Assembly (NCBI GenBank): GCA_965223265.1
Contig: OZ244999.1
Span: 1,728,001 to 1,792,000, forward strand
DNA length: 64,000 bases
Reading direction: 5' to 3'
From: Planctomycetota bacterium
GTDB lineage: Bacteria > Planctomycetota > UBA8108 > SXIK01
The position numbers and the translations under genes are program-made. This document shows positions 27,953 to 36,883 of this stretch, piece by piece. The notes beneath the pieces were generated by a model that saw only the letters and a program-made list of their open reading frames with translations, did not search any database and was not told where the DNA came from. Position 1 is the stretch's first letter. Every line of letters begins with the position of its first letter.

Positions 27953-30259
27953 ATGCTCAAGACTTTTCCCGGGCCGCGGAAGCCCGTACGGCTTGGACAA
28001 ATCGTCGTTCCCCTTCTCCTCGTCTCCAGCTGTTTCGCCCCGCGCGTGGACTTTCTCTTCGCCGACGACTCCAAGGCAGATCCAGCCGACTCTGCCGAGC
28101 CGCCGCTCGAGGTTGTGCAAGAAGACGCCATCGGCTCCCAGGCGACGGACGACGCTGACGACACGAACGCGCGGCGGGATGGCTCTCATGCTCGCGACGA
28201 CGGCGCCGGCCTTCTTGACCCAATCGTCGTCACGGCGACGCGCATCGAGGAGCAGAACTTCTACGTGCCGTACACGGTAGACGTTTTGGACGGCAACACG
28301 CTCTCGTCGGAACGTGCTGCCAGAACGCTACCCGAAGCGCTGAGCGAGACCCCGGGCGTCTTGGTCCAAAAAACCGGTCACGGTCAGGGGTCGCCATTCA
28401 TTCGCGGTTTCACCAGCCAGCGAACTCTTCTCTTGATTGATGGCATTCGGCTCAACAACGCGGTTTTTCGCGAAGGCCCAAATCAGTATTGGAACACTGT
28501 CGATCCACTGACGATCGACCGCCTCGAGGTGGTGAAGGGGCCGAGCTCGGTGCTCTACGGCAGCGACGCAATCGGCGGTACTGTCAGCGTGACGACGCGG
28601 AGTCGAGAGCCCCTGCGCGAAGGTGACGCCGCGAACGGCGCGTTCGATTGGGGCCGCCGCATCTACTACCGCTTCGCCAGCGCTGAAAATTCGCACGCAA
28701 GTCGTGCCGAGCTCGATGCCGCCTACGGGACGCATGTCGGCATCCTCGGCGGAGTGACGTACAAGGACTTTGGCGACCTCTCCGGTGGTCGCGACATCGG
28801 TGAGATGCCAAACACGGGCTACGAGGACTTCGATGCCGACGTGAAGACGATCGTGCGGCTGCGACCCGATCTCGATTTGGTCTTGGCGTTCCAGCGCGTC
28901 GACCAAGACGACGTGCCGCGAACGCACTCGACGATCTTCTCAAAGAGCTTCCGCGGCACCACGATCGGCACCGACTTCAAGCGGGACCTCGATCAGATCA
29001 GGCACCTCGGGTACGCCCAACTACACTGGCAGCCGGAGGCCGACTGGCTTTCCCGCGTCAGCTTCAGCACATCGTACCAGCAACAGGAAGAGATCGAGGT
29101 GCGTGTGCGCAGTAACGCCCGCAAGCGCCGTCAAGGGTTTCGGGACGGAACCTTCGGCTCGTGGGTGCAGTTTGAGAGTCCCGCGCCGATCGGCACTTTG
29201 ACCTACGGCGTGGAGTACTACCACGACGAGGTCGATTCGTTCTTCAAGGAGTTTGAGCCTGACGGTTCTCTGCGATCGGTGCGTCCCCGCGGGCCTGTCG
29301 CCGACGACGCTTCCTATGACCTACTGGGCGTCTACCTCCAGGACGCGTTTCGACCTGTCGAGCGTCTGGAGGTCATCGTTGGAGGCCGCTTCAACTATGC
29401 CCATGCTGAGGCCGACGAAGTCGATCCAGACCCATCAAGCGCACCGAACTTCGGCGACTTGAATGAGGACTTCAGCTCCGCCGTCGGAAGCTTGCGTCTG
29501 GTTTATGAGATGCTCGAGGAGTGGAATCTCTTCGGCGGCGTCTCGCAAGGGTTTCGCGCTCCCAACCTGGCAGACCTGACACGCTTCGACGTAGCTCGGA
29601 GTGGCGAGGTGGAAACACCGGCTCCGGATCTCGACCCAGAGGATTTCGTCTCCTTCGAAGCGGGCTCCAAATTGTGGATCGAGGAGGTCGGACTTGAGAC
29701 TTACGCGTCATACCACTACACGTTGATCGACGGCATGATCGTGCGATTTCCGACCGGCAACGTGATCGATGGCGATCCAGAAGTGACAAAGGACAACGCC
29801 GGGGACGGGTTTCTGCACGGCGTCGAGCTCGGGCTGGCGTGGAATTTTTGCGGCGGCTTCACGGCGCTCGGCAGTGTGACTTGGATGGAAGGCGAAGTCG
29901 ACACTTTCATCGGCAGCACGAAATCGCGCAAACCGCTGTCACGGCTTCAACCCGCGACGGGGATTATCGGGTTGCGTTGGGACTCTCCCGAGCGGAAGTA
30001 CTGGGTTGAGTCGACGGTGACGATCGTCGACAACCAGGACCGCCTGTCGCCGCGCGACGAAGCCGACACGCAGCGGATTCCTCCTGGCGGTACGCCGGGC
30101 TATACGATCTATACGATCAGAGGTGGTGCCCAGGTCATCGAAGGATTGAAACTCTTCGCCGCCGTTGAGAACATTACGGATGTCGACTACAGGGTGCACG
30201 GCAGCGGGCAGAACGCTCCAGGAACGAACGCCATCCTAGGCGCAGACTGGAGATTCTAA
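27953..30259 (+). CDS. TonB-dependent outer-membrane receptor
   Basis: TonB box DPIVVTATR. Plug motifs SPFIRG, LLLIDGIRLN, RLEVVKGPSSVLYGSDAIGG. QGFRAPN. C-terminal aromatic WRF. Confidence 0.95.
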   Translation: MLKTFPGPRKPVRLGQIVVPLLLVSSCFAPRVDFLFADDSKADPADSAEPPLEVVQEDAIGSQATDDADDTNARRDGSHARDDGAGLLDPIVVTATRIEEQNFYVPYTVDVLDGNTLSSERAARTLPEALSETPGVLVQKTGHGQGSPFIRGFTSQRTLLLIDGIRLNNAVFREGPNQYWNTVDPLTIDRLEVVKGPSSVLYGSDAIGGTVSVTTRSREPLREGDAANGAFDWGRRIYYRFASAENSHASRAELDAAYGTHVGILGGVTYKDFGDLSGGRDIGEMPNTGYEDFDADVKTIVRLRPDLDLVLAFQRVDQDDVPRTHSTIFSKSFRGTTIGTDFKRDLDQIRHLGYAQLHWQPEADWLSRVSFSTSYQQQEEIEVRVRSNARKRRQGFRDGTFGSWVQFESPAPIGTLTYGVEYYHDEVDSFFKEFEPDGSLRSVRPRGPVADDASYDLLGVYLQDAFRPVERLEVIVGGRFNYAHAEADEVDPDPSSAPNFGDLNEDFSSAVGSLRLVYEMLEEWNLFGGVSQGFRAPNLADLTRFDVARSGEVETPAPDLDPEDFVSFEAGSKLWIEEVGLETYASYHYTLIDGMIVRFPTGNVIDGDPEVTKDNAGDGFLHGVELGLAWNFCGGFTALGSVTWMEGEVDTFIGSTKSRKPLSRLQPATGIIGLRWDSPERKYWVESTVTIVDNQDRLSPRDEADTQRIPPGGTPGYTIYTIRGGAQVIEGLKLFAAVENITDVDYRVHGSGQNAPGTNAILGADWRF

Positions 30260-30277
30260 CGTTATGATAGACAGGAC

Positions 30278-31210
30278 ATGAGCCGCTCCTACTTCGTCAG
30301 TCAGAGCTTTGCCGTCGCGGTGACGATCTCGAGTGCCCTCCACGGGGGGATTTTCGTGGCGCTCAGCTACTATGGCGATCCCGAGGCGTCGGCGACTCCT
30401 CCTGCATCGCTGAAGGGGGAGTCGTCGGTGCGCGTCACGTGGCGTCGCGATCAGTTCGTTCGCGTCGAGGACTTCCTTCGAGCGATGGAGACGAAGGAAT
30501 CAGCGGATGACCACTCGCCTGCGGTAGCGGTTCGGCGTGCCGCCGTACAAAGTCTTCCACCGGTGCCCTCTGCATTTGCAGGGAAGATCCCTGAATCGCT
30601 GCCTCAAGGAGATTCCGTACCGCGGCAGCTACCACCCCTCAGGGAGACGCCGCGATCAGAGATGTCGTCCGTCCTGCCGCTGGAGCCCAGGCGTGCGACC
30701 GCTGAATGGGTACCACACCAGCACAACCATGAGCCCAATCAGCGAACGCATCGCGTCGAAGCCGCTTCAGATTCGGCCGCGGCGACCGGGCGACTTTTGT
30801 CGGGGCGCTTCGCGGCGACGCCGCGGCCGCCGCGTGACACAGCTTCGACGTCCTCAAGTACTGCCGAGACGGAAGGTCACTCGGCACCTGCTCACGACGA
30901 GTCGCACCCGGCGAGCGAAGCGCCCCGCACCGCTGGTCTTGAGCGCGGTGTGACGCTGGTCGGCAAGATCGCGCCGCGTTATCCACGCAGTTGCCGCCGT
31001 CGCGGTCATGAGGGAACCGGAAAGCTGCGCGTCGAGGTGTCGCCGATCGGGACGGTCGTGAGCGTGCGCGTTTTCGACTTTTCAGGTTGTGACGAGTTGT
31101 CGGCGGCTGCCGTCGAAGCGGTGCAGGCCGTATCGTTTCAACCGGCGCGACGTGATGGAAAACCCATCGCCAGCACGATCGTTCTGCCGATCGAGTTTCG
31201 CCTCGAGTGA
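30278..31210 (+). CDS. tonB: Energy transducer TonB
   Basis: N-terminal TM with SxxxH (SSALHGG), a Pro-rich linker, and a TonB C-domain (PRYP...GHEG...FQPARRDGKP...PIEFRL). Confidence 0.85.
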   Translation: MSRSYFVSQSFAVAVTISSALHGGIFVALSYYGDPEASATPPASLKGESSVRVTWRRDQFVRVEDFLRAMETKESADDHSPAVAVRRAAVQSLPPVPSAFAGKIPESLPQGDSVPRQLPPLRETPRSEMSSVLPLEPRRATAEWVPHQHNHEPNQRTHRVEAASDSAAATGRLLSGRFAATPRPPRDTASTSSSTAETEGHSAPAHDESHPASEAPRTAGLERGVTLVGKIAPRYPRSCRRRGHEGTGKLRVEVSPIGTVVSVRVFDFSGCDELSAAAVEAVQAVSFQPARRDGKPIASTIVLPIEFRLE

Positions 31211-31227
31211 CAACGGTAGGAGTCGCC

Positions 31228-32157
31228 TCAACCGAGCGCGCGCCGCAGTTCCTCGCCGATGCGATCGATCGCAACCCGGGCTCGCTTGAGCGCATGCGTC
31301 TGGCGAATGAACCCGTGATGCATGCCGTCGAAGCGTTCACAAGCAACCTGCACGCCGGACTGTTGCAATCGCTCCGCGTACGCTTCTGCCTCGTCGCGCA
31401 GTGGGTCGTACTCGGCGCTCAGAATGTAGGCCGGCGGTAGTCGACTGAGGTCTTCCGCCCGATACGGGGACAGATAGGGGTGCGAAGCATCCTCCGGCGA
31501 CGACACGTACTGTTCAAAGAACCACTGCATGCCTGCGCGTGTTAACCCATATCCTTCGGCGTTCTCGTTGTAAGAGGGTCGAGTGAAGTCGGAGTCGGTG
31601 ATTGGGTAGATGAGAACCTGAAAGGCGAGTGCGGGGCCACCACGATCGCGCGCCATGAGCGCAACGACCGCGGCGAGGTTGCCGCCGGCGCTGTCGCCGG
31701 CCACGACGATGCGCTCGGGGTCGACTTGAAGAGCTCCAGCGCGCTCGTGTGTCCACACGGTGGCGGCGAACGCGTCGTCGACGGCAGCAGGAAACCGATG
31801 CTCCGGCGCGCGGCGATAGTGGACCGAGATCACCACACTGCTCGCGACGTCGGCGAGTTCGCGACAGAGGCCATCGTGCGTGTCGATGTCGCCGCACACC
31901 CAGCCACCACCGTGAAAGTAGATGATGGCCGGGAACGGGCCGCTGCCGCGTGGCGTGTAGACACGCACTGGAACCGAATTCGCCGGCCCTGGAGCCTCCG
32001 CATCTTCGACTCGAGCGACGCAATCGGGGCGGGGAATCGCCTGCGACGCCAGGACCGCCTGCGCGCGGTTGGCTTCAGCGCTCTGCGCTTCAAGGCGTGG
32101 AAGGTTGGCGGCGGCGAGGCGCTCGAGTAGAGCGCTGACTTCTGGATCGAGTGGCAT
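31228..32157 (-). CDS. Alpha/beta hydrolase, HSL-family esterase
   Basis: HGGGW, GDSAGG, DPLRDE, HGF. ATG 32157 (MPLDPEV) avoids overlap with the nitroreductase gene. Confidence 0.92.
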   Translation of the reverse strand: MPLDPEVSALLERLAAANLPRLEAQSAEANRAQAVLASQAIPRPDCVARVEDAEAPGPANSVPVRVYTPRGSGPFPAIIYFHGGGWVCGDIDTHDGLCRELADVASSVVISVHYRRAPEHRFPAAVDDAFAATVWTHERAGALQVDPERIVVAGDSAGGNLAAVVALMARDRGGPALAFQVLIYPITDSDFTRPSYNENAEGYGLTRAGMQWFFEQYVSSPEDASHPYLSPYRAEDLSRLPPAYILSAEYDPLRDEAEAYAERLQQSGVQVACERFDGMHHGFIRQTHALKRARVAIDRIGEELRRALG

Positions 32158-32376
32158 AGCGGTGCTCTCTGGATTGCTGCTTCGAATGGGGGCGGCTGAT
32201 CCGACTGATCGTATCAGGAAACAGCGCCGCAAGCACGGCGGTAGGTGATGAAGTCGTGCGACCTTCGCCTGTGAGCACAGTGAGCATGCGACTACCTTCT
32301 GCCCCCTCCGTTGCGTTAGGCTATCGGCAGTTCCGACTCCGTAGTCCAAGGACTCTCGACGTTTTTCGGAGGAGCG

Positions 32377-32976
32377 ATGACCAAGAACGTTCAGACCGAC
32401 CATCCCGTGCATGACCTGATCTCGTCACGCTGGAGCCCGTACGGGTTCGCGGACCGAAGCGTCCCGACAGCAGACCTGGCGTCACTGTTCGAGGCTGCGC
32501 GCTGGGCGCCGTCGTCCTACAACGAGCAGCCGTGGCGATTCATCGTCGCGACGCACGAAGATGCGGCGGGATTCGACAAGGTCCTCGGCTGCCTGGTTGA
32601 AGCGAACCAGTCTTGGGCTCGAGCTGCACCGGCTCTCGCTCTCGGCGCCGCTGAGGTGCTCTTCGCTCGCAACGATCGGCCCAATCGCCACGCCTTCCAT
32701 GACCTTGGGCTGGCCATCGCCAACCTGACGCTCGAGGCGACGGCGCGCGGACTCTGTGTGCATCAGATGGCGGGAATCCTACCTGACCGAGCCCGTGAGA
32801 CGTTCTCCATTCCGGAGAGGTTCGAAGTGGTCACCGGAATCGCGATCGGCTATGCGACCGACCCCGAGAGTTTACCGGCGCCGCTTCGTGAGCGAGACGG
32901 CACGCGGCGGTCGCGTCGACCACTGAAGGAGATTCTCTTCGGCTGTGATTGGGGACACGCCGCGCCGTGGCTGTAG
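32377..32976 (+). CDS. Nitroreductase family protein
   Basis: RWSPYGF, EAARWAPSSYNEQPWRF, HQMAG. GGAGGAG RBS. Confidence 0.92.
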   Translation: MTKNVQTDHPVHDLISSRWSPYGFADRSVPTADLASLFEAARWAPSSYNEQPWRFIVATHEDAAGFDKVLGCLVEANQSWARAAPALALGAAEVLFARNDRPNRHAFHDLGLAIANLTLEATARGLCVHQMAGILPDRARETFSIPERFEVVTGIAIGYATDPESLPAPLRERDGTRRSRRPLKEILFGCDWGHAAPWL

Positions 32977-33026
32977 CCCCGAGTTTGACCGGCGGAGCCG
33001 CCTGAGCTGGGCGTATTGGACGTTGT

Positions 33027-33557
33027 CCCCATCGTTGCAAAAGCGAAGCGCTTCAAGCGCCGTGCGCGAGTGCGAGTGCGAGTGCGAGTGCGAGTGCGAG
33101 TGCGTGGGCGCACCGGCACAGTGCATCTGACTCCGTGTCTGCATCTGACTCTGCATCTGACTCTGAATCTGACCCCCAACGTTGCAAAAGAGACGCGCCT
33201 TAAGACCGTGCGCGATTGCGATTGAGTGAGAGTTTGCGTGTGGGTGTGCGTGGGCGAGGGGGAACACGGCACACCGTCAACCTCACCAAACGTGAGGTCC
33301 GCCGCGACGTCCTTCAACTGCCGATCGAACCTCAGGGAAAGGGTTTCTGAGCCCTTCCTGCGAAAACTTATGCAACTGTCGGGTCTGACTCTGACTCCGC
33401 ATCTATATCTGACTCTGACTCTGACTCTGACTCTGACTCCGCATCTGTATCTGGTCTTGTATAGCTCAGGGTTGTTGGGAATCTTCCCGAGGCTGACCCA
33501 GCCGTAGGACAAGGGCTTCTGAGATCTTCCGGCGAGAGATTCATGCAACTGTAGGGG
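33027..33557. mobile_element. Putative nested MITE-like repeat element with hexamer microsatellites
   Basis: Two left cores (33027, 33174) and two right ends (33339-33383, 33511-33556) whose termini are imperfect inverted repeats of the core. (GAGTGC)6 at 33068-33103 and (TCTGAC)5 at 33408-33437. Confidence 0.6.
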
Positions 33558-33586
33558 CTGTGTTTCCAGGCCTCCAGCGCAGAGCG

Positions 33587-35146
33587 TCAGAGAATTTCCG
33601 GGCGCACGTAGGCCGACCGCGGGTGGGAATACTCGACAAGGATTTCGACCTGATCGACGGAGATCGCGCCGGCGAAATCTGACGGGCGCGAGACAAAGGT
33701 CACCTCAAGTACGTTCTCTCCTTGCCGTGGGCGGACGCGCACCAAGTTGTACTCGAACCACAGGAACTCGTATCGGTGCGTCGTGACGCGGAGATCCTCG
33801 TCAGCGAGTGAGGCGCCGTTGAGTTCGAGCGTGAGCCCGTCCGACGTGACCAGGTTGTCAACTCGCAGGCAGAGCCGAACGCGGCCGACGTGTTCGGAGC
33901 TCAGGTCGTCCGCGACGTGGAAGCGGATAGCATGGCGAGTTTTCGGCTCTGGTTTCTCGAGACGCAGCGGTAGAGAGTGGTCATAGCCGAGTCGCGCTGG
34001 GCCCTCGAGACGCCTGCCGACGACGTATTGCTTGTCCTTGCCGGCCAGTTCCCGCGGATCACCGATTTCCGTTAGGATCGCCTTTTCGGCGTCGCGAAAT
34101 GGCCAGTAGAACCATGGACCGACGATCATTCCATCCGCTCCCTTATGCCAGTAGTTCGCGACGGCGGCACGGACCATCGCAGGCGTCGCGTGAGTGTTGG
34201 TGTCAACAACGTAAGGCTGGAGGACCGGATAAACCTCAGCGCTTCCCGCGTGCGCAGCCGCTGCGAGTGATTCAAACGGTAGATCGGGATCGAGAAAAAA
34301 GTAGCCGTAATAGAGCGGTGCGACGTAGTCCACGAGGCCATCGCGAAGCCACGCGTCGACGTCGAGTCCGAGTGCACGATTCATTTCGAGTGTCGGAAAG
34401 ACACGCGCCCCGACGACGCGCGACTTTCCATGACTCTTACGCCTGACCATTTCGGCGACGCGTCGCACCCAATCAGTCATTACCGAGGTCTGCGAGGCGA
34501 TCGCCGCTGGCTTGAAGTAGTACGGGGTGAACGCAAAGTCGAGCTCGATGCCTTCCACCGGATAGTCCGCCAGCTCCTCAAGCCATGCGAAGCGTGCATC
34601 ACGCACCTGACGATGTGCGAAGTCGTGATTGCGAGCGAGGGGACCACCACCCCCAGCGGCAGGGCCTTCGACGCCGATGTAGTAACGCGGGTCCCGCGGT
34701 CCGCCTCCAAGGCGCATGCTCGTGATGAATTCAAGGCCACGTTCGTGGGCACGGTCGATCAGTACTTGGAGCGGGTCGAGGCCGCGGTCGATGAGGCTCT
34801 GCATGTTATGCCAGGCGCGCCAGCCGTGCGCCGAGCGAAACGGCCGGTTTTGCGATCCGGCCCGTACACCCACTTTCGTATTGCTCCAAAGCCCCTCGGT
34901 TTCGACGCCATAGATGAAAGTGTTGATCGAGGTGCCAGCGAGTTCGTCGATTGGCCGCCACGCTTCTTCGAGACCCATAGGTGGCTGAAAGGCGTATAGC
35001 CAGTAATGGCGGGCGTCGTTGAAATAGGCTGTACGGCGTCTGCGATCGCCCCGCATTTGTGCCTTCTCTTCATCGGGCGTGGCGGCGTTGGTCACGCCGA
35101 ATGCTGCGGACGCAGCGGAGGTGACGAGAAACTCGCGTCGATTCAT
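33587..35146 (-). CDS. Tat-exported glycoside-hydrolase-like TIM-barrel protein (GHL10/DUF187-like)
   Basis: MNRREFL Tat signal. AHERGLEFITSMR, VEGIELDF, WLRDGLVDY, GADG. Confidence 0.7.
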   Translation of the reverse strand: MNRREFLVTSAASAAFGVTNAATPDEEKAQMRGDRRRRTAYFNDARHYWLYAFQPPMGLEEAWRPIDELAGTSINTFIYGVETEGLWSNTKVGVRAGSQNRPFRSAHGWRAWHNMQSLIDRGLDPLQVLIDRAHERGLEFITSMRLGGGPRDPRYYIGVEGPAAGGGGPLARNHDFAHRQVRDARFAWLEELADYPVEGIELDFAFTPYYFKPAAIASQTSVMTDWVRRVAEMVRRKSHGKSRVVGARVFPTLEMNRALGLDVDAWLRDGLVDYVAPLYYGYFFLDPDLPFESLAAAAHAGSAEVYPVLQPYVVDTNTHATPAMVRAAVANYWHKGADGMIVGPWFYWPFRDAEKAILTEIGDPRELAGKDKQYVVGRRLEGPARLGYDHSLPLRLEKPEPKTRHAIRFHVADDLSSEHVGRVRLCLRVDNLVTSDGLTLELNGASLADEDLRVTTHRYEFLWFEYNLVRVRPRQGENVLEVTFVSRPSDFAGAISVDQVEILVEYSHPRSAYVRPEIL

Positions 35147-35194
35147 GCTCTGTCTCCGTTTCTTGCGGACGGCTGTGGTGTGCCGGTGTGTCGC

Positions 35195-35929
35195 TCAGTC
35201 GCTTCGCTGTGGTGTATCTGTGGGGTTCCCCGCGGTTTGCCACTCCGCCTTCAGGCGTTCGATACATCCTTCGAGGCTGCGATACAGCCTGCCTTTCGGT
35301 TCTCCGCGGAGGGCATAGAGGCGCTGTTGGAGGTGGGGCAGGGCGGTCGTGTCGGCGAGTTGGTCGATCATGGAGATCGCTGTCAGAGCGACACGCGTCG
35401 AAGGGTCGTTTAGAGCGGTGTGGATTGTGTCGAGTGCTTCCGGGTTACGCCTTGCGAACTTCGCTGCAGCGATCACGAGCCAGACGCGAGCTCGGTCCTG
35501 TGGGGTGCGCTCGACAGCTTCCAGGAGTGTGAGCTGGAGGCGGCGGCTCCGGGCCTTCGCGAGAAGTCGGCCAGCGAACTCGGAGCTCTCCCAGTCGGCG
35601 TCGAAGAAATGAGCCAATGCAGTCCGGCAAGCAGCTCCCCGATCGAGTCGAGCGAGCTCCTGGAGGGACTCGCGGGCCTGTTCGTACTTCTGCTGGCGCA
35701 TGAGTACTGCCGTGTCGGCCGACAAGCGGGACACCCGAAAGTACCGAACAGCCCACGACGTGAGAAACATCGATCCCACCATGATCGCGGTGGCGCCCAT
35801 CAGCCAGACCGCCCGGCGCGTTGCGAGGATTCTTCCTACGGCCATTCCTTGCATGCGAGCTCCACCGGCTTCGATCCATGCCGCGAACTTGAAGGCTGGA
35901 TCTCGAGGAACGTGTCGTCCGGCGCGCAA
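35195..35929 (-). CDS. Membrane-anchored HEAT/TPR-like helical protein
   Basis: One TM segment followed by helical repeats (ALNDPSTRVALTAI). The true start is probably ATG 35854 or 35845. Confidence 0.55.
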   Translation of the reverse strand: MRAGRHVPRDPAFKFAAWIEAGGARMQGMAVGRILATRRAVWLMGATAIMVGSMFLTSWAVRYFRVSRLSADTAVLMRQQKYEQARESLQELARLDRGAACRTALAHFFDADWESSEFAGRLLAKARSRRLQLTLLEAVERTPQDRARVWLVIAAAKFARRNPEALDTIHTALNDPSTRVALTAISMIDQLADTTALPHLQQRLYALRGEPKGRLYRSLEGCIERLKAEWQTAGNPTDTPQRSD

Positions 35930-36112
35930 CTCGCGACCCGCTCGCGGCTGCAGTCGTTTCGCCGGGTCGACGAACGAATCGACGATACCTTAAGAGTAGG
36001 TCATGCAGGGCACGGAATGGTGTCGAAAGCAGCCGCGACGCCGACAAGGCGGCGGGATCCATGGGGCCCCTTGAACTCGGCAGGTGTTGTCTGATCGGCG
36101 TGCCACCGTGGA

Positions 36113-36133
36113 ATATTAGAGCGATATTAGAGC
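36113..36133. promoter_or_regulatory. 11-bp-period direct repeat, candidate OmpR/PhoB-type binding box
   Basis: ATATTAGAGC-G-ATATTAGAGC is an AT-rich perfect 10-bp repeat in the divergent intergenic region upstream of the response regulator. Confidence 0.55.
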
Positions 36134-36199
36134 CATACCTGCGCCTGCCGAGCTGGTCGGAGCCGTCCACGTGATATACTTCGTGGAAACCTTCTCCGG

Positions 36200-36883
36200 G
36201 TGCGTTTCATGAGGATTCTCGTCGTCGAAGACGACCGTGAGCTCGCGTCGATCCTTCAGCGCGCGCTCACTGAGCAGCTCTACAACGTCGAACTCGCCTT
36301 CGATGGGGAGACGGCGCGTCACCTCGCGCTGACGGACGACTTCGACGTGATACTTCTCGATCTGATGATCCCGGCGATCGATGGAGTGGCGGTATGCCGC
36401 ACGCTGCGCGAAGCAGGGCAGCGGACACCGGTCATTATGTTGACCGCGCGGGACGCGATCGGAGATCGTGTCCACGGTCTCGACGCCGGGGCAGATGACT
36501 ATGTCGTCAAGCCGTTTTCCATGGACGAGCTTCTGGCGCGGGTGAGGGCGCAGGTGCGCAGAGGCTCGAACAGGACTGAGAATGTCTTGAGCGTTGGCCA
36601 GCTCGCGCTCGATCCACGCTCGACTCATGTTCGATATGGGGCGCGGTCTATTTCACTGACAGCAAGAGAGTTCGCTCTGCTTCACTATTTCATGCAGCAT
36701 CCAGACTTGGTGTTGTCGCGCACCGAGATTCTCGAGAACGTATGGGACGCCAACTACAATGGCTTCGGGAATGTTGTCGACGTCTACGTCAACTATCTAC
36801 GCAACAAGCTCGAAAGTCAGGGTGAGCCGCGGGTCATCGAGACTGTCCGCGGTCGTGGTTATTTGCTGAGAAGCGCTTCATGA
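36200..36883 (+). CDS. OmpR/PhoB-family DNA-binding response regulator
   Basis: ILVVEDD, ILLDLMIP, LTARD, GADDYVVKPF, and winged helix NVVDVYVNYLRNKL...TVRGRGY. Confidence 0.95.
   Translation: MRFMRILVVEDDRELASILQRALTEQLYNVELAFDGETARHLALTDDFDVILLDLMIPAIDGVAVCRTLREAGQRTPVIMLTARDAIGDRVHGLDAGADDYVVKPFSMDELLARVRAQVRRGSNRTENVLSVGQLALDPRSTHVRYGARSISLTAREFALLHYFMQHPDLVLSRTEILENVWDANYNGFGNVVDVYVNYLRNKLESQGEPRVIETVRGRGYLLRSAS

Noticed and set aside
33027-33225. CRISPR array (repeats starting GTTGCA)
   Set aside because: Only two diverged adjacent copies, separated by microsatellite rather than unique spacers. No cas genes.
32850-33548. ORFs with RVRVRV / HSHSHS / ECECEC / LTLTLT tracts (also 23980-24195 and 15912-16526)
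   Set aside because: These are translations of hexamer microsatellites in intergenic repeats, not credible proteins.
33370-33553. Cobalamin riboswitch (GCAACTGT motif twice)
   Set aside because: Lacks the GGGAA and GCCCCC context, lies between convergent 3' ends, and is better explained as repeat termini. No riboswitch was recognisable upstream of the TonB receptor either.
36090-36106. Sigma-54 promoter (TGGCACG on the minus strand)
   Set aside because: No TTGC -12 element at the required spacing.
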